Of a DNA stretch of 64,000 nucleotides, positions 1-14,599 are shown in pieces. The notes under the pieces are model-generated. The model was not told the origin of the DNA and ran no database searches. It worked only from the letters and a program-made list of their open reading frames with translations. The position numbers and the translations under genes are program-made. Each line of letters starts with the position of its first letter. Position 1 is the stretch's first letter. Origin of the DNA: Psilocybe cubensis (taxonomy: Eukaryota); NCBI GenBank assembly GCA_017499595.2, contig CM039000.1, forward strand, positions 806,001 through 870,000. Reading direction: 5' to 3'.

Positions 1-1283
1 CCAAGATCGACGTTATTGGAATAATGAGAGGTATATTTCCATGGTTGAGATTTCTTGTAAGTCATGCTTTGTGTATTGTATATTTTGTCAATACTTATAT
101 GTTCGGTCAGCCAGCAGACAGGGATGCGGAAGCGAAACAGGCCTCTCAGACCATGTTTAGAGTGGGCACAGAATTATTGGAAAAAACGAAAGCATGTATC
201 AAGAAAGAAGAGTCCAATAAGAGAGCGTGGGCAGCTCGAGATCTTTTGTCAATTCTTGTGCGTGCAAACGCCATGCCTGATATACCTGAAAGCCAGAGGT
301 TGTTGGACAAAGATGTTTTGGCTCGTGAGTTATATAGCTACTTGTGGCATTTAACTTTCTTTCTGACTTTATTGTAAAGAAATACCAACCTTTTTGATCG
401 CTGGTCACGAAACAACGAGGTACAACAACATCAACCATCTTGCAAAGATTTACTGACAGGAATTTCAGTATCGCCACAACATGGGCGCTGTACTCTCTTA
501 CCCAAAACAAAGATTCTCAAACGAAGCTTCGAGAAGAGCTCTTGACAGTTTCCACGGACAACCCAACGATGGATGAGCTGAATGCATTGTCATATCTTGA
601 TGCCGTGGTACGCGAGACCCTGCGTGTCCACGCCCCTGTCCCAGCTACCATGCGCGTCGCCTCGAAAGACGACGTTCTTCCTCTCAACGTACCATATACC
701 GACAAAACTGGAAAGAAACATTATGAAGTCCAGTATGTTGACCGCTCCTATTCAAACCGGATTCAATCCATTGACACAGAATAAATATATTAGTGTTCGC
801 AAAGGTCAGACAGTTATCATCCCGATAACACCCATAAATCGCTCCAAGTCACTGTGGGGAGAAGATGCTTCTCTATTCAAGTATGCCATTCTCCTGGCGT
901 CGCTGTCTTGCTGCTGATATATGCGCGCGTTGAAGACCAGAAAGATGGTACAATATCCCCGAAGACGTTGCTGCCATTCCCGGAGTTTGGGGAAACACAT
1001 TGAGCTTCCTGGGAGGGCCCAGGGCATGCATCGGATACCGATTTGCTCTCGTCGAGTAAGTAATAATCCAAGAGAATTTCGGTCTGTTGACCCATACATT
1101 TGCTAACATTTTACCAGAATGAAAGCGCTCCTTTTCACGCTAGTTCGAGCTTTTGAGTTTGAGCTAGCAGTGCCGGCCTCCGAGATCCAGAAGAAGTCAG
1201 TAATTGTAACGCGGCCTGTCCTCGCTTCGGACCCAAACAAGTCGAACCAGATGCCACTACTTGTGCGGCACGTAATACTTTGA
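1..1283 (+). CDS. Cytochrome P450, 3' part (multi-exon; 5' end lies outside the window)
   Basis: Spliced exons give I-helix FLIAGHETT, ExxR (ETLR), PERW and heme motif [14 protein letters not shown] introns; stop TGA at 1281-1283. Confidence 0.93.
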
Positions 1284-1673
1284 TGCGCCCACGTCCTTGA
1301 AACTAATCGCAAATGCTATATATCGAATGTATCAGATATCCCTCTATGTATAGATGACTAACCCTATGTACCAAATAGTGTGTATAAAACAAAATGCTAA
1401 ACCTTCAGGAGGCGTAGATAATGCGTGAAATCTCTCAAAGGTTTTACCGGTCCAAGCTGTGGTCCATGGCGTATGTAACACGCTGGCGTTCCCTACGCAC
1501 CAGCCCGAAATGCATATGAGTACAAGTAACATATCAAATCAACAAACCTAGACTGAAGGTATCATTCAAAAACAACGGTATCTTCAGCAAGTCGACGACG
1601 CCCCGCCCCTAGTAATCTCCGCAAAGCACATTCATGTCCATTGCACTACTGAAAACCCCGAATCCGAAGCCAG

Positions 1674-4313
1674 TTAAGCTCGCTTCGGCGGCGAGCCGAT
1701 AACAGTCTCCCACTCAGTACCTTCCGGGACCGTCCAATCGCCATGACAGTCGTATAGCCAGTCGACCTCCTTGATGATCTCCTTCTGTGCTGCGACGAAG
1801 GTGTCCACTGGGCACATGCCGTCCTTCTGCTCGGGACATCCGCGGATGCCTGTGAGTGGCACGACGCCGTCGTTGATGATCACCCTGATCTGTTGGCCTG
1901 GGGTCGACGTACATTCCAGAACTATATGTGAAAAAAAGGTTTATGAAACTGAGTTATGGTAGGTATGGAGTTCAAAGAAACAGGGGTGCGTACGTTGGAA
2001 TTGGACATTCGTGGCGAACGGAGCGAGTTCGGAGACCCTAAATGTACGATTGGGGTCCATATGTGTATAAGGAAGAGGTCCTGATCCGGCGAACGAAGTT
2101 AAGTTGAGGGCAGTAATGACTAGAAAGAGAGGATGGCAAAGAAATCAAATCAACATCTTCATCAGCAAATTGAAGGACGCAGTGACTAACTGTTTAAAAC
2201 GACAACTTCGTGGGTGGCATCGACATACAGACTCTGGCCAAGAGGGAATGTAATGGGGTTGTCATTTAATGTGGCGTTAGTGGAAGAGTTGTGCGTTTGG
2301 ATGGGTGTGTTGGTTAGACGAGCAACCATTTCCTGGACGTAACCAATGCCCTGCACGCGAGCGACGGGTGAACCAAACGCAGACCCATACCTGCAAATGA
2401 AAGTTAGAGAGAGAAATAGTGCAACGACAGAAATGCGGTACCAGAATTGCAAATCGAGTCTGTTATATTGTCAGTATGATGATGATGAAAAGAGAAATAA
2501 CAAAAAAGACATACGCATAGTTGAATCCCTCCCACTCTTCTTCGGTGAACAGCTCACAGAACTTGGAGTATCCAAGGGCCACAGTCTAAACACAACAAAC
2601 AACATCAACACTTTTGAATGGCTAATCAACTCTAACAGGAACACAGACCTCGTATGGACAAAGCTGTTGCATCATGTATGTCTCTTCAATTGTCAGATCA
2701 ATGCCATGCAACTGTTTTTGCAATCGCTTTTGGGCTTCTTTGAGGTAGATATTTGCCCAGCGCTTGATGTACCATTGTCCTCGCTCCGACTTGTGGATAA
2801 TTTTGGCATTAGGACACGTCTTGTAAGGAGATAGCGTGTTGTTGAACTGTATGAAAGTAAGTCGATGGAAAGGAAATAGAAAAAGTATGACCACGTACCC
2901 CGTCCTCTTCGATTGTAATACTCTGCTGGTATTGACCATCAAGAGGGTAACCAAAGAACCCAACTGCAAAGTTTTGGGCAGAAGCAAGCATGCGATCTCT
3001 GTGGAGGCCATTTAAGAACGAAAACTAGGTGAAATAGGTGGGTCGGCACATACTGAGATTCAGTTCTGAACACAGGAAGCGTGTTCTTCTCAGTGAAGTT
3101 CTGAATGTTTCATTAAGTAAACAGACGTGGGTTTACTGTAAAGAGACAAACCTGCAGCAGGAACCCATATTTGATTCGTAGTGAGATTCCAAGATCATCT
3201 AAACGCATAGGTCAGATAAGTAATATAAATCCAGTTCGAAATTTGTACTTACAAAGTTGCTGCCTTCCAAATGGTGTCAAGACTACAACAGTTTGTAAAT
3301 ACTAGGACCTTGAAAACAAAGACGGCAATCGTACTCTCTTCTCCAAGTTTATAGGTCCTGTAATGGTATAAGTATGACGAAATGGGATGTAGCGATACAC
3401 ACACCATCCATTCAAAAATTCGAGATCTCCAGACGCATTCCAGGATTCTGGAGATCTATGAAGTTTCCTTCCCAACTTGGCAGGACCACCGAAGCTTGCT
3501 GAGATACAGATGACTCAGTAACAGTCAAGGATAGGGGCGAATGAAGCTCTTACCCCACGCTGTAGGATACCTGGCGCCGTGTCTATGCAAGAAATGCAAC
3601 CCTGTAACCCGACATGTCTCTGGAACATCAGGGCTAGAATCCACGCCAAAACGGCCTCTGTCAACGCTATACCACGGGGAAAGATTGCCCCAGCTACGGA
3701 ACAAGTTGAATTTGGATTTCTTTCCCTTCGCTTCGTTATGTTCCGGATCCTTCTTCGCCTCTCCGTACAGCGACGCGGGCTTCAGGAGCTCATGCGAGCA
3801 CTGACCCGTATGCATTGGGTATGCAGGAGCTGTCGCGATAACTCCAGCCTCTGCTCCCGTGGGTGTTGGGCCGGCATAGCCTACATCAGAAGGGAACAAC
3901 GAAGGGAACGCGTTCGTTGGATTGGGAGGGGGGAACTGGTGCGACTCAGTGGATCCGACCCACGGCGGTGCTAGCGCGGTGACAACTTCCTGGTTCTGAT
4001 GCGAATACGCAGAAGCCGAACGCGAACCTTGCTGTCCTCCTGTGAAACAGCTGGACCCGCAAATGGCGTACTGCGCAGCCAGTGTCGCAATAGTGCCCAG
4101 CACAAACGCCCCAGTTATATGCAAAACTCCGAACCTTGGTTGTCCACAGGCTTTATCGTGGAAGGTGGACCTTGACTTCTTCGGTGAATGCAACAACACA
4201 TCTTCTTCAGGCCGTGTGGTTGGAAGGAGAGACTCTGTCTCGGTATCATTGGCATCATAGTCGTTGGGCATTTGCCCAGCGGCACCCGCTTCAATGTCGG
4301 GTCTGTTGGTCAT
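1674..4313 (-). CDS. Histidine acid phosphatase / phytase-like protein with N-terminal transmembrane anchor (multi-exon)
   Basis: RHGARYP catalytic motif, WGNLSPWYS, DATHEVV (HD-type motif with Glu), ELAPFATNVQFQ and INDGVVPL. Hydrophobic segment near the N-terminus; ATG at 4311-4313. Confidence 0.92.
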
Positions 4314-7011
4314 TGTGGTATAAACACAAGGGCGACGTGCTGGAAGTTGCAAGTGAGGGTAATAAGAGTCAGTAGAGAGGTGTCGTTCACCCTTCTAAAT
4401 TGACTTTCCCACGATCGTTCCTGCGGAAACCTTGAACGGTTTGCAGATGCTGTGATGTTCACTTGGCACTGAAGTCGCCCCATATCAATATGGCCACTCT
4501 TTCTACCACAAAATTTTGTATACGGAAGACCACGTTCAAGCGTTGCAGTTAAACAACAAGAATTTTGATTTTTTACTGTTGCATCCATGTTACTGTCGAC
4601 GGAGACTGACTCTGAATATTAGGAAATCAAATCTCTTTGCAAGTTCGGGTTATACGTCACCACTCGACAAGAAATATTGTTGAGATCGATGGTACAGAAC
4701 GATATAATTTTTATGATCCTTTTCCATACTCTCTGAGTAACAAATATTCGTGACTTCTCCAGTTGGAACCATTCTCATTGGGTTGCCACTTTCCGTTTTC
4801 AGGTTCGTAACGTAGTGCGTTCAGTACCGAACAGTTCAATTGAGTTGCATTATCAGAACCTCGATCTGGTGATGTTTGTGTAAGGTACAGTATACCTTTA
4901 GAGTCGTGTGGCAGTATTTATGGACGTTCAACTGAGGCACTTTAGGTACTACAAGAACACTAAGCCATTATTTGCAACGGAGGCGACATTGAACCATACC
5001 CGATGCAGTTTGAAGAGGAAAGAGCGCCCAATAAATCCTCTGATTGTTCCCATAATGATATAATCTGACAGAGGTCATTTTGGCGATCCCGCCTTCGTTG
5101 TTCGGCGAACCATACCAGTTCTAACTCCATACTGCAAAACACAGCCAACAATTTTCACAAGCCACGGCGGGTGTCATCAATGCTCAAGCCTAAAATACAA
5201 TACAAGGGTATCGAAACAGCTTTCTGGATACAGGAACCAGAATATCTTCTAAGCGATGACCTATATCATGGAGCGGAATTGATTTCCAAGAGCAACGGTA
5301 TAACTTCTGATTTCAAGTATAAGGTTCTTTATGATTGACTACAAAGAGAAACACTGCACATAATATCACAGATATAAAGTAATTGGATAAGGTAGAAGAA
5401 GAAACGATAACTATTGAACCTTGACGATCAGATTTCCACTGTGATCATCATTGTCCAAAGCCATCCACACTGAGATGGGATGCCTCACGGCGTGGCCTGT
5501 GACCACCCGAGATGAGTGGTCATTACCAAATAAGTATTTAGGAGTAGCTAATAGGATCAGAAACCCCTCAAAGGCCAATTGCTAGGATTATCCAGAGTTG
5601 ACTTGAGGGTCACTCAGAAGAGAATCAAGAGTGAAAACAAACAAGTCGACTCGGAAGACCAGTATGATCTGACCCTGGGAAACTCAGTGACCACATATGA
5701 TCGATCATTCGCTAAAGATACCGGAAATTTCTATTATTGGATTGTGCCTACCCTGCTCCAAAAATAGATATGCAATATCACCAGCACTCTCGAGCCTCCG
5801 TGCAGCGCGTACAATTATACCGTTGAGGTACGATAGACGACAGGCTTCTCCGGAGAGCCGTTTTCTGCGTACTCCCAATGATTGACACGACCATATGCAT
5901 ATGATCACCCAAAAAAGTGTACACTAATAATACCCCGCTTGAAGGACCTAACCGTTGGGGTTCTAAACTTTTACCTCCACCTCGATCTTTTCATGGGAGC
6001 ATCAAAATGTAGAGCAAATTAACTTAGTTTTTAATGATATTTGCGTATGATACCAGTTGCATGATCGGTGGGTATGCATGATTGTCTCAACAACGGTAGT
6101 GAGTCCTCGGTGCAGCATGAGGTGTTGTCATTTTGGTCATTCAACCCGACAGTATGATTTTTTATATTCTCAGTAAGCTCAAGAAAGAAGCCTCTGAGAT
6201 CAATGAGACCTCTCAATGCTAGACTCTAGTAATCCTTGCTAATAATTATCAGATAATTTTTTTGGCGTCTCTTACGGCGTGACCAGAGTTGCAAACCACT
6301 CCTGGCCCACTGCTCCGAGAATCATGACCCCATACCAAATCGATTGCCCACATGTCTTCATCCCTCAATAAAGGATTTGCATTTAGAAATAAACTACAGC
6401 TACATACCTATCACCAAAGTTCAAAAGTATTTAGGATCAACTGCGGTATATGGCCTGAAATCCGACCACATAGGACGGGGAAAAATCTATTCACGTGGGT
6501 GCCATGAGTTTTCTATGTCTGCCATCGCGTCAAATAGACACAATCTTTTCCTCTCTGACATAAAGGTATTCATACCCAGTGCATACCCATATCGGCAATT
6601 TAATGAGTGCCACAAGTACTCGATATGAAGCTTGTATCAAACGAAACATGATTCAAACATCTAGTGTACTGCTGAAACAGTAAATAACACACAAAATCAA
6701 CAAAAAAACCAGACTAAGCACGCCTATTCATTCAGCCATATGTTTTCCGTACTTTTCACTTGCATTTCTTACCCTTGGCTGCGCAGCGTAAATAGTTAAA
6801 CTTCAACTCAATTCCTGAAGACCCGGCAATACCCCTTCTTTTTGCATTCTTCAACCAACTTCCGCGACAGGGGATTACACGCATATGTTCTGACATACAA
6901 GGAAAACACAGGCCCGCTTTGACTGGGGGGCAGTGTCCATGTGCCCTCCCCGGGCCACGCTTTCGGGAAACGTTTGCGGACTATAAATATCCTACGCGCG
7001 GGCGGGGAAGA

Positions 7012-7193
7012 AGAGCAAGGGTCTTTACAACCCTGACCGAAAGCGACAGCCGCCCGTGTCATCACTTTGTATGTATATACACCGGATACCGGTTCACGAC
7101 CAAACGAATAGAGGGACTGCTCGGCGAACCCTTGGATACCACATGGAGAGAGGTACCCCCCGACCCCGGATCACACAAATGTATCATTGCTCT
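7012..7193 (+). ncRNA. Candidate structured non-coding RNA (unassigned)
   Basis: TATAAATA at 6982-6989 lies 30 bp upstream. Terminal stem AGAGCAA/TTGCTCT encloses several short hairpins. No recognised snRNA or snoRNA motif set. Confidence 0.35.
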
Positions 7194-7585
7194 GTAAAAA
7201 TAAGTACTTAGTACAACTGCGCTGTGTTATTATCGGGTCAATTGATTTTTGATATGTTGATACGTACTTGTGACCAAACACCACAGGTCCACAGGAGAGG
7301 CGGGTTGGCATAAACAATACCATGTGTTATCGCATAAAATAACTTGCACGAATTCAGAACAAAGCACGAATTTTAAACGCCAATCGCCATCAACGAACTG
7401 CGTGAGTTAAACAGGCACGTGTAGCCACTACGTTGCCCGATCTCCAAAGTTACCTATTCAGATTATCATATGCAAACGCAGATACATACGAGAACAATAT
7501 GGGTTGGGTATCAGAAAGGTTGTGTATTCTTTCATGAAATATTTTCTATACAGGTTGGAGTAGGTTTGATACAGAGCTAGCCAGC

Positions 7586-9215
7586 TCACTCGGTCTTACC
7601 AGATTTCACAGAGCGTTTCGCGCCCTCCTTGACCTCTCCCGCCAGCCAGATGGCAGAGAAGAGGAAGAACGCGACGCTGGTGCTAATTGCACCTGCATAG
7701 TATGGCCACGCCGCCGACAAGAAGCGGGGGTATCCGTCGTGGCGCGGGGGCACCACAGGCACGGTCGTCGAGCTGTGCAGGTGACTCCATCTAAAGTACA
7801 TCAAAATCAGATTAGCGTCGGAGGACAACACCCAGGGAAGGTTAGATTACGCACCCCTTGCGTTTGTAGTCAACGACGAATTTGAACACACCGTGCCTGT
7901 CTGGGGCTCGGAATGAGGTGGAGTATTTTCCTGGTGTACCTGGGACGGGAGGAAGGCTGGTGCGGACATGTGGGTCGAGCATCGTGAATTCAAGCTGGAG
8001 GTCCTTGATGCCTGAGTATGGCTCCCAGGTATCCTTCTTCGCGTTAAACTTGGAAATGTAAATGCTGTACACCTAAATTTTGTGTTAATGATCATTCCAC
8101 GATTTTAACAACGAGATATCACGCACTAGTTGATCGTTGGTAGTGTAGAGCTCCTTCGCTTCTGTTTCGTTCTGGCGGTGATGCTCAACTTTGTCGACAC
8201 GCAATACAAGCGATTCCTGGAAAGTCCAGGCTACTACGTCACGCGCGAACTGAGTATTTCCGGAAGGAACGCCCCTATATCGCATATTTGAGATATGTTA
8301 GGCATATGTGAATGCAAATATGCTCACTTTGACACTTCCTTGCGAGCATATTCATCGCTGAACACATCTGCGCCGCCCAACCAGGTGATCCTGGCACCAG
8401 TAAGAGTTTGGAAACCTGTCACCACGCCGAGTTGGCTTCCGGCCCACAGGCCTTCGCCTCCCTTTTCCGCAGAATCAACAAGTGCGTCTGCAGAGCCGCC
8501 GTCTACCTCAGACGCAAAGCTCTGGGGTGGTGCATGCAGAATGGGGACGAGGAGAGGGTTGTTACCGAGTGATTGGGGAACGCCTGAGAACCAGATCGGA
8601 GCCAAGTTTTTGCTCAGGATGTTCGTCGCGTCGTACTTGGAAGGTGTAATTGGGATAAGTGAGGCTGGCTCATCGCGTTTTGGGAAGTAAGAGATGAGCG
8701 GTGTGCCGGGGGGAGGGAGTACCAAGGAGAATTCAGGCGCCAGGGAACTTAATGGGGTTTGCTTCGTTGAGAGAGCAACAATTAGGTTGGTTTTGAGGTC
8801 AAGGAGTGAAATGAGGGATTGTGGAGTGATATCCTTTGCAAAGTCTTAAGACAACATTATATTAGCAACTATGCATTTAGTCTAATATGAGTGACTGCAC
8901 TCACTTTTGGTCTCTGAAGCGAGGATAACGACGTGAGCAAATGATGCCTCGTCATACTGAATAATGGCCGGTGCTTCGTCCTTGGGCGCACGGAAGGTCA
9001 AGTCATAACCTTGATCTATTAAAGCAATTATAAAAGATTATAAACACAAAGTATTAAATCACAAACTGACTTTTCAATCCGTCAAAGAATATGGAGAAAT
9101 CGCCTTGGCGTGTGGGTTCTACCACGACCAGGACTGCATTACCAGTGCTGGATTTTGCATTTACGAGACCGGCCAGACCCAGAGAGACAGCTAGAAGTCT
9201 CCTAAGAGAGAACAT
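7586..9215 (-). CDS. WBP1: Oligosaccharyltransferase subunit Wbp1/OST48 (multi-exon)
   Basis: Signal peptide MFSLRRLLAVSLGLAGLVNA, QLEFTMLDPHVR, PDRHGVFKFVVDYKRKG, RHDGYPRFLSAAWPYYAG, C-terminal TM and basic tail ending KSGKTE. Confidence 0.95.
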
Positions 9216-9544
9216 GGGTTCCAAAGCTCCTAGAGACCTGAACGAGATATATGGTGTATGAGAGATTTGTATGTGAGATTTTTGCTTCCACGTCGCGTTC
9301 GCTGCTACGCGCACAGTTATGACATATTTGCCTGCAGCTTTAAGAGCGGCACAGCGCGGCATTGCTATGAATGTTTACGTAACGCGCTGTCGGAAACATT
9401 CGGCTTGGGGCGGAATGCCATCGGCTGGACCGCCTAAACTCCGACCGGTCATTGATCTTTTTGACACGAAATAACAGCAGCCTGGGACGACGTTCATAAG
9501 ATCCCTGCTTTCTGCTTCTTTCTTCGTTCTTTCGCTTCGGACAA
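9216..9544. promoter_or_regulatory. Short divergent (bidirectional) promoter region between WBP1 and ADK1
   Basis: Head-to-head start codons 329 bp apart; palindrome TTACGTAA near 9375. Confidence 0.55.
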
Positions 9545-10654
<1,110 letters not shown>

Positions 10655-11772
10655 ATTATTTGCATGTAGTTTTGCATAGATGGACATCTTGTTGGTGCAT
10701 TCAAACATATCTTAATGACCGGGGGATGATATGGAAGATTTCAACTAACGGCCTCAAGCTTCAAGTATAGTTCCTCATTCAGAGAAAAACTTTTGATCGG
10801 GCACATGGCGTAAATGCCGATGATTGTAAGCGTTTACAGGAATTTGCTTCCGTTCGTGTCAACGACAATCCTTCCGCTTTTACTAAGGCACTGCGGTAAA
10901 AATGGCTTACTTCCATCCTCCCTCAACTTCCCATTATCAACTGTTGCGGGCTGAGCTGAAAGCTATTCGACTAAAATTAAGCTCGTGTCAATAATGATCA
11001 GGACCTGTTTCAGTAACATCGCTTCGGTCGTATAGCAAGGTCTCTTCCGTAGTATCATGCTACGCCCTCCAATCAGTGCTACGCAATTCTTTTCAAAATT
11101 CTTGTTCTCATTTGAGATGCGTTTCACAGCATCTGGCGCATCTTCCATTCTTCCCAAATTATGAGCTGAGGACGAGAGGATCACGCTGATCCGCCATGGT
11201 TGTTTTCGTTTTCAATCTCTTGAGTGAGTTACTAGTCGTACAATTTCAGAACTGGCTGAAAATACGCCCTTTTGCGCTTCTCTGAAGAGGTTCAATAGCC
11301 CATACCATCCTAGTGACCTAGTCACTTCACAACAGATGCATCAGGTTTCAAGCTTGAAGCCTTGAGGCGGCATATTTATGTTTAGAACCGGCACATCGTC
11401 CAGGATAGGTCGAATAACGATGATTAAGCGACCGGAGATCCATCACTGGACCTAATAGTAATAAATCTTGGATCTGGCTAATTGACATACGGACGCCCCG
11501 TTTGTCACTCTGTTACTAAATCCAACATCGTGTCCACTTCGATATAAAGCGAGCTTTAAAAAGGTACTTGGTATTACCCGCTGCCATGTACCAGAATGGC
11601 CTACCCTTCTAGCACTTGCACGAAAACACTGGCGAGTTGAAGAAACAACCTCTGACGTCCTGCGTGTTTGTCGGCATTTATAAACACCCATATCACCAAC
11701 CTATTCAACCTATCGAGGATAGAAGATCCTCCTTTACAAGTTACTTGATTCCTTCCTGCTATTCACCACCAT

Positions 11773-14204
11773 ATGCCACGGACATCCGAGTCATCCGGTA
11801 TACTACGACGAGGTTCTGCGTGTCTTTCGTGTCGGTGAGCACTTGCTCTACTCTTTATTGCCGGTATTGGCCACTATTCCTGGATTGCTCATGACTGGCG
11901 GCGTTATCTAGGAGAAGAAAACTAGTGAGCGGTTTATCGAGATCTTGGAATATGGCAGTCATACTGATTGGATTTGTGTTATAGCGATGCGATGGCGTCC
12001 GGCCTGTATGTCAGCAGTGCAACGCTATGAGGAGGGTCCACGAATGCGTGTACGACGATAGCTCACGAAAAAGCCGCACCCAAACACTACGCGAGAAGGT
12101 GTCTGCCCTCGAAGCTAAAGTTCGTGAACTCGAAAGCAGTAACCCATCGCCAGACCCGTCAGACCCGTCATCCTCGTCGTCGGCGCCGCCAGTTAGTACT
12201 GGCGCTGGGCCGTCCAATGCATTTTCGTACGACGATCCTTTTCAAAATCAACCAGGACTTGCCATGAACCCCCTCAATTCTGTTTCATGGCTGAGCGACG
12301 ATCTCGATTCGCTGATACCTCTGGTGCCACAAGAATGGATCAGCACCAATCCCAATTACGACCTACAAACCGACTCGGGATCCGGATCGTCCTCTTCGAA
12401 TTCACAAAAAGCATCTGTGTTGCTGGATGTATCGTTACCCCACTATTCTGCCCATCCATCCAGCGTCAGTCCTATTCCGTTCACAGACTCATCCGGTACA
12501 CCAGTGCCGGATTTATTCGACAGGTCAGCGCCAGACCCCCACACGATGAACTTGACCATCGAGATGCACAACATGCTGTGAGTCCTGAAAATATGCAGTT
12601 TCATTCAAAGTTACGGTGTTTTAATATCACATCATAGAGTGCAAACGTTCATTGAACACCGCAAGCAATGTTGCTTCTATTCCAATACCAGCAGATTCGA
12701 TCGATCCTCATCGGCGACTGTTTACCAAAATACACCACCTAACCCGGCCCTGATGAGCGCAATTTACCTCATGGGATCCTTCTTCGTCCAAAATCTTGGG
12801 TTGCAGAAACAATTGTGTGAACAGACCCAGCAGGAGGTGGCCCGGTCATTGCACAATCAAGACCAACTGATGGATGTTGTACAAGCATCTTACCTCCTAG
12901 CACAGTATTTCTTCTTCAATGGACGAGGCATGGAGGGGACTCGGCATCTTACTACAGCTAAACGGATAGCATTTGACTTGGGTTTACACCAGGTGTCACT
13001 TCCAACCTTTTCATTCGACTTTGATTATTCCTTCGATTCGTCGTCACACGATTGGCAGGAGAAGACCGCTGTTCTCTGGGGGTTATTCATGGTGGAGAAG
13101 TTTTGGGCACTCAATTGTGATTGCTGGGAAGCATACGCTCAGGCTGACTTCGATGCTCCATGTCGTTACATTACAACGCCTTTACCGGTGCAAGAAGGCG
13201 CGGACCTCGTGAGTTCTTTGTCATTTTATGTTTGGTATCTTCGTTCCTGAATTTTGGACATGGCCAAAAGGAACTTGTGGCTGCCAACAGCCCGCTGAAC
13301 GCTATGTTCGACTCTGACGTTTTTCGGGGAACGTTGTTATCAGTTGATGCTTTTAAGGCCCTGGCGTGCTGTATTTTTGATCGCGCGTTACGTTTTCATA
13401 GTACGTTTTCCCCACAGCCCATCGTTATTTCGGCTCAATGTTCCTTAACTGACTGGCATTGGTACTTTAGATACGCCGGCATCTTCAAAGGACAGCGCAA
13501 CGTGGGCTTATCATCGCTCTTCGGAGATTGCTTTGGAACGTCTATCATCCCTCATTCACCCATTGACTTGGCGAGATTCTCATGACACTGGAAAACCTAC
13601 AATCGACACTGATCTATACATTGCGCACGCACTCATCCATGCCTCTACCATCCATCTTCACCCTGACAGTACCATGAATTTAAAGATTTCATGGGCAGCA
13701 AAAAAGTTGGTCGAATTAGTCAACCACCTTAGCGAGAATGACTATTGTTACCTGGATCCAATTCTCGCTGTGAGCTCGAATTTTCTTTGCGAATTTATCA
13801 GCTGGTAACTAATGATTCACTGAACTTTTTATTAATCCACAATAGATTTGTTGGTCCTCTACAGTCAAAATCTTTCGTCAAATGATTCAGACTGCCACTG
13901 ATAGTATGAACTCAACTGCCGCGTCAGCATCGACTACGATGTATACCGTCGCCTTTCTCCGGCATTGCGTCAATATCTTGGTCGGGGGTGTACAGAGCAT
14001 GAGCATGTTCGTGCCTCTTGCAGGTATTTCTTGATTACATTGTTTGATGAATGGGAATGTCCTGACGACGATGGTTTACATCAAGACAACCTCTTACCGG
14101 ATCTCATTGATAACCAAATAATTCTTCAGTCTGACTCTACAAAGCTGGTCTCTCTTACCTCGGCTGTGGATTATCCCGCAAGTCAAGGACTTCTGGTAGC
14201 ATAA
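11773..14204 (+). CDS. Zn(II)2Cys6 transcription factor with fungal TF middle domain (multi-exon)
   Basis: Spliced N-terminus RRGSACLSCR/RRKT/RCDGVRPVCQQC...HECVYD, coiled coil LREKVSALEAKVRELE, middle-homology motifs (AFDLGLHQ, LWGLFMVEK). 3' exon structure is inferred. Confidence 0.88.
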
Positions 14205-14599
14205 TTCCGCTTATTTTCATCTCGGCCTTTATTCAGGAGTGCCTGTTCATGAACTACTACCTTCACCACTACTGTATTTGTATACCTGCCTCTCTATCGC
14301 ACCGGCTTCAAGAGCCTATATACCACCGATATCTTACCCCCGTCCTGGATACCCTGTTCCCAGAGCGACGGTTAACCCAGCGTGTATACCATTTCTTTCT
14401 TTCGTTATCTGCAATTCTAACGTAAATCGTAAAAACTGTTTTCCGGACATTAGTAGTACTCATTTAGCTACACTTGTTCACACTGTATTAGATTAGTTTG
14501 TAAACCCTGTATTATAGCTAGATTGCAGTGTCCATCCGTGACTATTAATACAGTTGATTGTATACTGTTATATGTTTGAACTCGCATTCGGTGTTAATG

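Noticed and set aside
4600-6700. Possible decayed gene
   Set aside because: Only short broken ORFs with no recognisable motif.
7020-7040. CAACCCTGACC as a telomerase RNA template or hammerhead core
   Set aside because: Does not match TAACCCTAA, and the CUGANGA core is not intact.
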